Shown here: positions 17,858-24,999 of the stretch, one piece after another
Position numbering within the stretch: position 1 is the stretch's first letter
Layout: each line of letters begins with the position of its first letter
From: Nitrospirales bacterium
Lineage (GTDB): Bacteria > Nitrospirota > Nitrospiria > Nitrospirales > UBA8639
Assembly: GCA_022824735.1 (NCBI GenBank)
Contig: JAJDZI010000136.1
Location: forward strand, 1-49,235
Direction: 5' to 3'
DNA length: 49,235 bases
Position numbers and translations under genes: made by a program
The notes under the pieces: generated by a model
What the model saw: the letters and a program-made list of their open reading frames with translations, nothing else
The model's database searches: none
Told to the model about the DNA's origin: nothing

Positions 17858-18691
17858 ATGATTTCTTCATGCTTTGACGTGATGCGTTCGCGTCTTCACC
17901 ACCTTCTCTTTTTCTTCCTTCTTGCGGCGTCGTGGGGTTTCGCGCCGGGCGCGTGGGCAAACGACACGGAAGGCTGGTTCGCCGGCGTCCGGTTCGGCCA
18001 TGAACTTGCCGAGGCGACTTACACCAAAAGCGTGCACTACAACGCCGGTGTGCTCCCCCCACCTCTGGACGATGGCAGTGTAATCGCGGACGAGGACAGC
18101 GCCAATGACGGATTCAACGCGTTCTCCGCAAACCTGGGCTATCGCGCGTTCCTGTCCGACCAGGTATATCTTTCCGGCGAAGTTGAAGGCACGGTCTACT
18201 CCAACGCGATCCAAGGCTTTTTTGAAGGAACGTACACGGGTCACGAAGAACCCATTCCCTCTCAACACATCTTCCCCGGAGCATGGGAAGTGAGCAAGAA
18301 CCACAGTCTCGGGTTCAACGCACGCCTGGGATACGTGCCCCGGGGATTTGCCTTCCTGGGCGAAGGGCGCTCGGTGTACCTGATTTCCGGAGTGAAATGG
18401 CTGGACGCGACTTCTGAAGTCGCCATTGACAACTTCGGGGTTGGTGCGCAGGCGATTCGCGGCGTGACCCGCAAAAGACGTGATGCAACGCCCTGGCTCA
18501 TCGGAGGCGGCCTGGAGTTCGGGAGCAGCAAAAATCGCTTTGACGTGCGCATCCAATATTCCAGTTGGAGCATCGATTATGCCAGCGGGGATGGGGCGAC
18601 GGAACAGACCGCCTATGTGCCAAACACGTTTGACGTTGACGAAGTCGGCATCTCAGTGGGATATACCAGATCGTTCAGCCTGGGCATGTAA
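17858..18691 (+). CDS. Outer-membrane beta-barrel protein (porin/OmpA-barrel-like)
   Basis: AGGAG 8 nt upstream of the ATG. Signal peptide ...LLFFFLLAASWGFAPGAWA/ND. Alternating aromatic/Gly-rich strand pattern (GYRAF, GFNARLGY, GGGLEFG, ISVGYTRSF). Confidence 0.65.
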   Translation: MISSCFDVMRSRLHHLLFFFLLAASWGFAPGAWANDTEGWFAGVRFGHELAEATYTKSVHYNAGVLPPPLDDGSVIADEDSANDGFNAFSANLGYRAFLSDQVYLSGEVEGTVYSNAIQGFFEGTYTGHEEPIPSQHIFPGAWEVSKNHSLGFNARLGYVPRGFAFLGEGRSVYLISGVKWLDATSEVAIDNFGVGAQAIRGVTRKRRDATPWLIGGGLEFGSSKNRFDVRIQYSSWSIDYASGDGATEQTAYVPNTFDVDEVGISVGYTRSFSLGM

Positions 18692-18734
18692 GTTCTTATA
18701 TTTCATTACATCATTTCTTACAAAAGAGGATCTT

Positions 18735-19163
18735 ATGAGCAAGAGTCTCAAGGGCACACAAAGTCACGACAATCTGAAAGCGGCGTTTGCCGGCGAATCC
18801 CAGGCGAATCGCCGGTACCTGTATTTTGCGCGCCGCGCGGATATCGAAGGGTATCCGGACGTCGGCGGATTGTTCCGCGACACCTCCGAAGCCGAAACCG
18901 GCCATGCCTTCGGCCACTTGGACTTCCTGAAGGAAGTCGGCGACCCCGCGACGGGCGAACCCATCGGGAACACCGAATCCAACCTCAAGGCAGCCATCGA
19001 AGGCGAAACGTACGAGTACACGCAAATGTACCCGGGCATGGCTAAAACCGCGCGGGAAGAAGGTTTTGAAGAATTGGCGGAATGGTTCGAGACCCTGGCG
19101 AAAGCGGAACGCTCCCACGCCAACCGTTTCACCAAAGGGCTGGAATCGTTAGGCAACGCGTAA
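18735..19163 (+). CDS. Rubrerythrin-family di-iron protein (ferritin-like domain only, no rubredoxin domain)
   Basis: 142 aa from the ATG at 18735 (the ORF-track entry 18480 is an upstream extension). Motifs: [49 protein letters not shown], which are the ExxH di-iron ligand pairs. Confidence 0.85.
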   Translation: MSKSLKGTQSHDNLKAAFAGESQANRRYLYFARRADIEGYPDVGGLFRDTSEAETGHAFGHLDFLKEVGDPATGEPIGNTESNLKAAIEGETYEYTQMYPGMAKTAREEGFEELAEWFETLAKAERSHANRFTKGLESLGNA

Positions 19164-19187
19164 CGTGAGCGCGCGGCGCCTCCTTCG

Positions 19188-20462
19188 TTGAAAAGCATTC
19201 ACCTCATTTCCACTGACTGGACGCGCGACGATCTTGTTCGGGAGACGAACCGGATCTTCGACGTGTGCGACGGCTGTCGCCGGTGCTTCAACCTGTGTCC
19301 GTCCTTCAACACGCTGCTGGACCGGATCGACGAGTACGAGAGCGACGTCTCCCTGCTGACCGCCGCGGATTACGAACGGGTCGAGAAGGAATGTTATTAC
19401 TGCAAGCTCTGTTACAACCACTGCCCGTACACGCCGCCCCATGACTACCAGATTGATTTTCCGCGACTCATGGCCGCGTGGAAAAAGCAGCGGGTCAAGG
19501 AACAGGGAGCGTCCTGGCGTGATCGCCTGCTGATCAAAACGGACCTGATCGGCAAACTGGGAAGCCTGACGGCCTCGCTGACCAACCGGGTACTCTCGAC
19601 GCCGTGGGTCCGGAGCCTGTTAGAGGCAATCATCGGCCTGCACCGGGACCGGCGCGTGCTCGCCTTTTCCCGGGAAAACTTTCCCGCGTGGTGGCGCAAA
19701 CAGGGTCCGGCGCTGCAACCCGCGGTCCCCAAGCATAAGGTCGTCGTGTTTCCGAGTTGCCTGGTGAATTATCAGGCCACCGATATCGGAAAAGCCACGG
19801 TCCAGGTCCTCGTCAAGAATAACGTGGAGGTCGTCGTCCCCGAGGGCCAACGCTGTTGCAGTATGCCCTCCTTTGATCTCGGCGATACCGAAACCATGGC
19901 GCAGACCGCCACGTACCATTTGCGATTGTTTCTGCCGTACCTCCGGCAAGGGTATGACCTCGTCGTTCCCACTCCCAGTTGCAGTCTCATGTTCAAACGG
20001 GAATATCCGTACCTGGTGCCGACGCGAGACATGGCCTTGTTGGCCGAACGCACGTTCGACGTCTGTGAATACCTGATGCGGCTCAAAAAAGACGGGGCGT
20101 TGTCCACGGAGTTCAGGCAGACGTCGCAACGCATCGCATATCAGGTCCCCTGTCATTTGCGTGACCAGAACATCGGTTTTAAATCCAAGGAACTCATGGA
20201 ACTCACGGGTGCCCGGGTCGAAGTCATTGAAAAATGTTCCGGCCACGACGGTTCATGGAGCGCCAAGGTGGAATTTTTCGATCAGTCCATGAAGATCGCC
20301 GGGAAGGCCGTCCGCGCGGTTTCCGATTGCGAGCCCGACCTGGTGGCATCGGATTGCCCGCTTTCGGCGCTGCAACTCGATCAGGCGGGAGCAACGCCGT
20401 CGAAACACGGAACCCGGCATCCCATTCAAATCGTTCGCGACGCCTACGACCTCCCATCATGA
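19188..20462 (+). CDS. Fe-S oxidoreductase with 2x[4Fe-4S] ferredoxin motifs and two CCG domains (HdrD/GlpC/GlcF-like)
   Basis: TTG start. [12 protein letters not shown] and [13 protein letters not shown] cluster motifs. CCG-type cysteines: [29 protein letters not shown]. Confidence 0.8.
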   Translation: MKSIHLISTDWTRDDLVRETNRIFDVCDGCRRCFNLCPSFNTLLDRIDEYESDVSLLTAADYERVEKECYYCKLCYNHCPYTPPHDYQIDFPRLMAAWKKQRVKEQGASWRDRLLIKTDLIGKLGSLTASLTNRVLSTPWVRSLLEAIIGLHRDRRVLAFSRENFPAWWRKQGPALQPAVPKHKVVVFPSCLVNYQATDIGKATVQVLVKNNVEVVVPEGQRCCSMPSFDLGDTETMAQTATYHLRLFLPYLRQGYDLVVPTPSCSLMFKREYPYLVPTRDMALLAERTFDVCEYLMRLKKDGALSTEFRQTSQRIAYQVPCHLRDQNIGFKSKELMELTGARVEVIEKCSGHDGSWSAKVEFFDQSMKIAGKAVRAVSDCEPDLVASDCPLSALQLDQAGATPSKHGTRHPIQIVRDAYDLPS

Positions 20463-21043
20463 ACCCGTTGACCCCATCAGATCTTCTTTCCCACGAGGAA
20501 TACGAAGCCCAACGCGCGACGTTTCGACGGGAGACGATCGCCCTCAAAAAACGACGCCGGATCGAGGTCGGCCCCCTGGTGACGCTGGTCTTTGAGAATC
20601 GACAAACGCTGCTGTTTCAGGTTCAGGAAATGATTCGCGCCGAACGCATTTTCGAGCCGTCCAAAATTCAGGATGAGCTTGACGTCTACAATGCCCTGCT
20701 TCCCCGAACGGGCGAACTCAGCGCCACCGTGATGATTGAAATTACAGCCCAGGAGCGCATCAAGGAAATTCTGGACTCTTTCCAGCGGTTCGACCGGCCG
20801 AATACCCTGGCGCTTACCGTCAAAGAGCAAGCCGTGTTTGCCGACTTCGAAGCCGGACACAGCAAGGAAGACAAAATCAGCGCGGTCCATTTTGTGCGGT
20901 TTATGGTTCCGCCGGCTTTTGTGAACGTGCTTGGCGAGGATGAGTCTCATGCCGGTATCCGGATTACCCATGAGAACTACAAGGCAGAGGCGAACGTCCC
21001 ACCCGCCATGCGGGAAGAGTGGCTGAAAGACCTGCGCGCCTGA
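20459..21043 (+). CDS. DUF3501-family protein
   Basis: 194 aa. The ATG overlaps the upstream stop (ATGA). [62 protein letters not shown] matches my recollection of DUF3501, a family usually adjacent to rubrerythrin and HdrD-like genes. Confidence 0.7.
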   Translation: MNPLTPSDLLSHEEYEAQRATFRRETIALKKRRRIEVGPLVTLVFENRQTLLFQVQEMIRAERIFEPSKIQDELDVYNALLPRTGELSATVMIEITAQERIKEILDSFQRFDRPNTLALTVKEQAVFADFEAGHSKEDKISAVHFVRFMVPPAFVNVLGEDESHAGIRITHENYKAEANVPPAMREEWLKDLRA

Positions 21044-21073
21044 ATGTTTTTCATATTTTTCCTTTGACGGAAA

Positions 21074-21102
21074 TTGACAACCGCCAAGGGGGTGGTTATT
21101 AT
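21074..21102 (+). promoter_or_regulatory. Putative sigma70-like promoter for erpA
   Basis: TTGACA (21074-21079), 17-nt spacer, TATTAT (21097-21102). Confidence 0.35.
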
Positions 21103-21187
21103 TCACGTGCAAGAGGAAACGACCCCGGATTTTCGGGAATCCGGAAAACACGAGACCTGTTCATTTCATATTTGATTGGAGGGATCC

Positions 21188-21511
21188 ATGGTTACCATTA
21201 CCCCAATTGCCGAAGAGAAAATCAAAGAATTGATCCACGATGAGGAAGAAGAAGTCGTCGGGTTGCGAATCTACGTGAAGGGCGGCGGTTGCAGCGGCTA
21301 CCAATACGGGATGTCCTTTGAATCCAAAATGGACGACGACGACACGGTGATTGAAAAAGGCGAGGTCAAAGTCATTGTGGATTCGCAAAGCGCCCCCATG
21401 CTGAGCGGCGCGGAAGTCGATTACGTCGACAGCCTGCAAGGCTCCGGGTTTGCAATCAAGAACCCGCAAGCGAAAAGCACGTGCGGTTGCGGCAGTTCCT
21501 TCAGTACCTGA
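21188..21511 (+). CDS. erpA: A-type iron-sulfur cluster carrier/insertion protein (ErpA/IscA/HesB family)
   Basis: GGAGGG Shine-Dalgarno. YVKGGGCSGYQYGMSFE and the C-terminal NPQAKSTCGCGSSF are close to the E. coli ErpA pattern. Confidence 0.85.
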   Translation: MVTITPIAEEKIKELIHDEEEEVVGLRIYVKGGGCSGYQYGMSFESKMDDDDTVIEKGEVKVIVDSQSAPMLSGAEVDYVDSLQGSGFAIKNPQAKSTCGCGSSFST

Positions 21512-21533
21512 TCGCAGCCTCTTCGAGTTCAAC

Positions 21534-21580
21534 AAGGCCAGGACTTCTGCCTCTCGGCGGAACTCCTGGCCTTTTTCTTA
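21534..21580 (+). terminator. Rho-independent terminator after erpA
   Basis: 10-bp stem AAGGCCAGGA (21534-21543) / TCCTGGCCTT (21564-21573), followed by TTTCTT. Confidence 0.6.
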
Positions 21581-21605
21581 GGATCCCGATTCCGTTCATT
21601 TGCGC

Positions 21606-22391
21606 ATGACACGATCGACCCTCACGAAACGCATAGAATTTTCCGCTTCGCACCGGTACTTCAAGGCCGAGTGGGACGAGGAGCGCAACAGACGGGTCTT
21701 CGGCCCCTGCTTCCGGGAGCATGGGCACAATTACCTGCTTGAAGTGACCCTCGGAGGGCGGGTCGATCCCATCACGGGCATGATCATCAATCTGTACGAC
21801 CTGAAGCACATCGTCACGAACGTGCTCGAAGAGTTCGACCACAAACACCTCAACTACGATATGCCCTATTTTGAACGGATCGTGCCCACCACTGAAAATC
21901 TGGCCCTGGTGCTATGGCGGAAGTTTTGTGAGCGCCCGGAGACCCGGGACATTGCATCGATACGGCTTTGCGAAGGAGAAGACCTGTGGGTCGAGCTCTT
22001 TCAGCCGAATAACCCTGCCTCGCAGGACAATGCGGAACCGGCCGAGGCCCTGCTGACTCGCCGATACGCCCTGACGGTGCGGCGAGATGCCGATACTTCC
22101 CACGTGGAAACGTGGCCCCTTTCCCTGAACGTCACGACTCAAGGCCCGATAGACCCCGTCACGGGTCGCGTCACGAATATCGCAGCATTGGATGAGCGGG
22201 TCCAAGGGCAAATCCTCAACAGCCTCGCGGACACGAATGTGTCGCAACTTCAGGAATTGGCCGGCCGGCCGGTTACCCTATCCACCTTGGCCAAAATCCT
22301 TTGGTCCAGGCTGCGCAACATTGCCGATGCCCGCCTCGCACGACTCCGGCTCACGGACCACCACGACCTGACCCTGGATTATTCTGAATAA
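21606..22391 (+). CDS. queD: 6-carboxytetrahydropterin / 6-pyruvoyl-tetrahydropterin synthase family protein, tandem double T-fold domain
   Basis: The N-terminal domain has FSASHRY, GPCFREHGHNYLLEV and ITGMIINLYDLK (Zn-His triad plus catalytic Cys). The C-terminal about 110 aa repeat the fold pattern (DPVTGRVTNIAALD) without the HGH motif. Confidence 0.75.
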   Translation: MTRSTLTKRIEFSASHRYFKAEWDEERNRRVFGPCFREHGHNYLLEVTLGGRVDPITGMIINLYDLKHIVTNVLEEFDHKHLNYDMPYFERIVPTTENLALVLWRKFCERPETRDIASIRLCEGEDLWVELFQPNNPASQDNAEPAEALLTRRYALTVRRDADTSHVETWPLSLNVTTQGPIDPVTGRVTNIAALDERVQGQILNSLADTNVSQLQELAGRPVTLSTLAKILWSRLRNIADARLARLRLTDHHDLTLDYSE

Positions 22392-22525
22392 GCCGGCGGG
22401 CCGTTGGTCGGTTGTCGTAGTGCGAATTCCCCGGCTTTCGCTGAATTGCCTCACTATTACAATCTAAGCACAAAATTTAAATAGCAAGGTTTGTTATTGC
22501 GAAACTCTGAATAAGGACTGTCGTC

Positions 22526-22738
22526 ATGAAACGTGGGGAAAGCGGCAGATATGAGGTAACAAACATCAGCGGTGAACACGTTCGCGCCTTTGTGCCAGCG
22601 CCGCTTCCGCCGAAACCCAATCTCGTTCTGGACGGCTCGCCGCAACAGATGCTCGAAGCGGCGGTGCTTGCCCTGGGCCGCCTCGACGGCGTAGCAACCC
22701 TCCTGCCGGATGAGACGCTTTTTCTGTATGCCCGAGGC
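22526..22738 (+). pseudogene. Fic-family protein fragment (N-terminal Fic_N region only)
   Basis: GRYEVTNISGEHVRAFVPAPLPPKPNLVLDGSPQQMLEAAVLALGRLDGVATLLPDETLFLY matches the conserved Fic N-terminal domain. It breaks off before the expected EAxxSSxIEG and HPFxxGNGR motifs. The ORF then runs on to 22915 in unrelated sequence. Confidence 0.6.
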
Positions 22739-22778
22739 GTCGTGAAATTAAGTGTCTTGTATATCCGGCCGTCAGGCA

Positions 22779-22859
22779 CACGATACCGAGTACATCCACC
22801 GCCACAGCAAGAACGGCTACGAGGTGGAGCACATCTGGGCCAACAAACCCGAACGCCAA
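22779..22859 (+). pseudogene. Short remnant of a DUF1524 / GmrSD-like nuclease gene
   Basis: TEYIHRHSKNGYEVEHIWANKPER in another frame resembles the YEVEHIWA..PER block of DUF262/DUF1524 proteins. Only about 27 codons are recognisable. Confidence 0.35.
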
Positions 22860-22948
22860 AGCCTGTCATCGAGATTTGGCATTGGAGAATGGTGTCCATG
22901 GCGGCCATATTGTAAATTGAATTGCACTATGCTAGGCTCGCAAAGCCG

Positions 22949-22984
22949 CATAAGGTGCCTTTACATAAGGTGCCTTTACATAAA
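22949..22984 (+). repeat. Tandem 15-nt repeat (CATAAGGTGCCTTTA x2 plus a partial third copy) directly upstream of the RiPP precursor gene
   Basis: Units at 22949-22963 and 22964-22978 are identical, and CATAAA follows. The AGGTGCCT core recurs a third time at 22997-23004, overlapping the Shine-Dalgarno of the precursor. Confidence 0.85.
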
Positions 22985-23005
22985 TTCTTGTAGGGGAGGT
23001 GCCTC

Positions 23006-23272
23006 ATGGTTTCTATGAAAGAAGCGCGGGACCGTCTGATTGAAAAAGCTTCATCGGACGATGCATTTCGGACTCTCTTGATCAACGATCCCAGAAAGGC
23101 CGTTGAAGAAGAATTTGGGGTGACGTTACCCGATAGCTTTTCCGTCACGGTGCATGAACAAAGTCCAACTGAAGCACATCTGGTTCTGCCACCGGCAGTA
23201 AAACTGGAGGAAAGGGATTTAAAGCTCGTTTCTGGTGGGTTACCCTGGTGTAGTAGTGGGGGTTGTTGGTAA
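23006..23272 (+). CDS. NHLP (nitrile-hydratase-like leader peptide) family RiPP precursor; predicted core LPWCSSGGCW
   Basis: 88 aa. The leader (DAFRTLLINDPRKAVEEEFGVTLPDSFSVTVHEQSPTEAHLVLPP) follows the NHLP pattern. A double-Gly site (LKLVSGG, 23234-23239) precedes a 10-residue Cys/Trp core (23240-23269). The dedicated NHLP exporter trio is encoded alongside. Confidence 0.85.
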   Translation: MVSMKEARDRLIEKASSDDAFRTLLINDPRKAVEEEFGVTLPDSFSVTVHEQSPTEAHLVLPPAVKLEERDLKLVSGGLPWCSSGGCW

Positions 23273-23289
23273 AGAAAAGAGGCGTTTAC

Positions 23290-23721
23290 ATGGATATCGA
23301 TCAGGCGATGACACAGGTTGCCTCACTGGACTTTACAATGCTGAAGCGAAAGCTTGAGGTCGCAGGAGGCTGGTCCGCCGATACCGTGGCGGAAGGTGAA
23401 CACCTGTACCGCAAATATCTTGCCCTCAAGATGGTATATCCGAAAAAGACGATAAGCCCGACTCAACTCATCGACGAGTTCTGGCATGCGCATATTCTCG
23501 ATACGAAAGCCTACACAACCGATTGTCAAAAGCTATTCGGGAGATACTTACATCACTACCCTTATGGCGGCAGACTGAGCGAGGACGTCCTCGATCATGC
23601 GCTTGGTGAAGCCCGAAAGGAAGAAACTCGCAAGTTGTTCCTGCGGCACTTCCATATTGATCTGCAATTCTCTCTCCCCGACAATCCACCTGACGGCGAC
23701 AGGCCCCAGTCGCAAGAATAA
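23290..23721 (+). CDS. Small His-rich protein, GRDP-like (DUF1399-type) motif; candidate RiPP tailoring or accessory protein
   Basis: 143 aa from the ATG at 23290, 18 nt after the precursor stop. EFWHAHILDTKAYTTDCQKLFGRYLHHYPYGG resembles the WHxHxL...Y..DC...G..LHH signature I associate with glycine-rich-domain-protein-like (PF07173) proteins. Confidence 0.55.
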   Translation: MDIDQAMTQVASLDFTMLKRKLEVAGGWSADTVAEGEHLYRKYLALKMVYPKKTISPTQLIDEFWHAHILDTKAYTTDCQKLFGRYLHHYPYGGRLSEDVLDHALGEARKEETRKLFLRHFHIDLQFSLPDNPPDGDRPQSQE

Positions 23722-23810
23722 CCGACTGGGACCTGAGCTGTGGACCGGCTTCCACGAATCTCGCCCTTGCCCTTCCCAATGCATCCATCCCCAAAGGCCG
23801 AGTTGCCGTC

Positions 23811-24914
23811 ATGACTGACCCAGACAGTCATTTTCACGTCGACTCGGAGCGTCAAACCGCAGAAATACATGATTGCGGGACGGTCTTGCGCAGCCTGCGT
23901 TCGCTTGTACCGGACGGACTCGTCGATAGTCTCGAATGGGAACGTCTCGCAGGTCGTGCAGATGGTCTCTCTGCATCGATTGTCGGCCTGGAATTTCGGC
24001 TTGGCGACCCCACGCCAAACGCCGATTTCCTGCTCGGCCTTGTGCCGGGAAGCTGGGCTGAACAGACCTGCATCCGTCGAGGGCAAGAGGCGCCACCTGA
24101 TTCTCCGGAAGCTTTTCTCGCCAACTATTTGGCTCAAATCCGGGATGCCGAATTTCCGGAGGCAGCCCTGATCGCGACAACCATACTCGAATACGATGTG
24201 GGACTTGTCCCCGGTGACGACCGGTGGCCTCCTCCCGGAGTGTTTCAAAAGCTCAAGAATCCCTTTTCACAGAATGTGGGCATTCGTGAGGCAGAGGTCG
24301 CCGCTCGCATAGCCTCCGCGATCAGTTGGGCCGTCGGGCGATCCGACGATGCACAAGAAAGCGCCGCCATTCGGAAAATGGTTGCCGCACTACCAGTGGA
24401 CAGCCAATTGACATGGATCGGCGCAATGCCTGGACGGGACCCCAGAATGATTCGACTGTTGTTCGATGTTCCTGACGCCGATGGGCTGATGGACGATCTG
24501 CAACGGATCGGATGGCCTGGACCGACTGAAATGGTCGCCTCAACTCTTGACGCCATCAACGGTCAGTTCGAGCGACTTGCGATTCAATTGGAGGTATCGG
24601 CGCAAGGCGTGTTGCCCAGACTGGGCCTTGAGGTTTACGTACTTCCTAAGCACCCGTACGGTTTCGCTGATTGGAGCAGGGCACCAAACCCTGGCTTATG
24701 GCGCCCAATTCTTTCCCGATTGGAGGACACCGGCTGGTGCTTGCCGCAGAAGGCGAGCTGTTTGCTGGCGTTCCCCGGACGAGAATACATCTTCGATAAT
24801 GGAATCTTCCTCGTACACAAAAACATCAATCACGTCAAAATTTCCATTGAAGCCAGTCAGGCGCGCGAGGCCAAGGCCTACGTCTTCATGAAGTTTCAAC
24901 CGGCCACTGCGTGA
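23811..24914 (+). CDS. Hypothetical 367-aa protein, no family recognised; candidate RiPP tailoring enzyme (possible five-fold alpha-beta-beta-alpha barrel)
   Basis: Intact ORF in the same operon orientation as the precursor. Five strand-pair-like segments are separated by amphipathic helices: VGLEFRLGD..DFLLGL, TILEYDVG..GVFQKL, LTWIGA..MIRLLFDV, LAIQLEV..LGLEVYV, GIFLVHK..HVKISIE..AKAYVFMKF. Confidence 0.6.
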   Translation: MTDPDSHFHVDSERQTAEIHDCGTVLRSLRSLVPDGLVDSLEWERLAGRADGLSASIVGLEFRLGDPTPNADFLLGLVPGSWAEQTCIRRGQEAPPDSPEAFLANYLAQIRDAEFPEAALIATTILEYDVGLVPGDDRWPPPGVFQKLKNPFSQNVGIREAEVAARIASAISWAVGRSDDAQESAAIRKMVAALPVDSQLTWIGAMPGRDPRMIRLLFDVPDADGLMDDLQRIGWPGPTEMVASTLDAINGQFERLAIQLEVSAQGVLPRLGLEVYVLPKHPYGFADWSRAPNPGLWRPILSRLEDTGWCLPQKASCLLAFPGREYIFDNGIFLVHKNINHVKISIEASQAREAKAYVFMKFQPATA

Positions 24915-24999
24915 GCGGGCAGGACGACACCCCACACCATACATTGCACCCGGCGTATGAGAAGGCAGTTGGTGCGCCCGCAGATGAGGATCGTTTCGC

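Noticed and set aside
18480-18734. N-terminal extension of the rubrerythrin ORF (227-aa version), and similarly the 20234 start for the DUF3501 gene.
   Set aside because: The extensions overlap the preceding genes and add non-homologous low-complexity sequence. Internal ATGs at 18735 and 20459 give family-typical N-termini and sensible spacing or overlap.
22949-22984. Tandem 15-nt repeats as a possible CRISPR or minisatellite array.
   Set aside because: Only 2.4 units with no spacers. The size and position fit a regulatory direct repeat instead. No CRISPR-like repeat-spacer structure was seen anywhere in the window.
15295-23272. The idea that the SagB-type dehydrogenase belongs to the NHLP RiPP locus (a TOMM-like thiazole/oxazole pathway acting on the Cys/Ser core).
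   Set aside because: The two are separated by about 6 kb of unrelated housekeeping genes with their own promoter and terminator, and by a gene-fragment scar. No YcaO cyclodehydratase is present in the window.
3309-24914. A hybrid PKS-RiPP lipopeptide pathway (goadvionin/selidamide-like) linking the PKS/ACP to the NHLP precursor.
   Set aside because: No GNAT or other acyltransferase candidate was recognised. There is no Lys/Orn or obvious acylation site in the core beyond the N-terminus. The loci are not contiguous. Kept only as a remote possibility.
24915-24999. Possible bidirectional terminator between the convergent RiPP operon and the ABC exporter gene.
   Set aside because: Only a 6-bp GCGGGC/GCCCGC pairing with an about 58-nt loop and no T-tract. 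This is not convincing as an intrinsic terminator.
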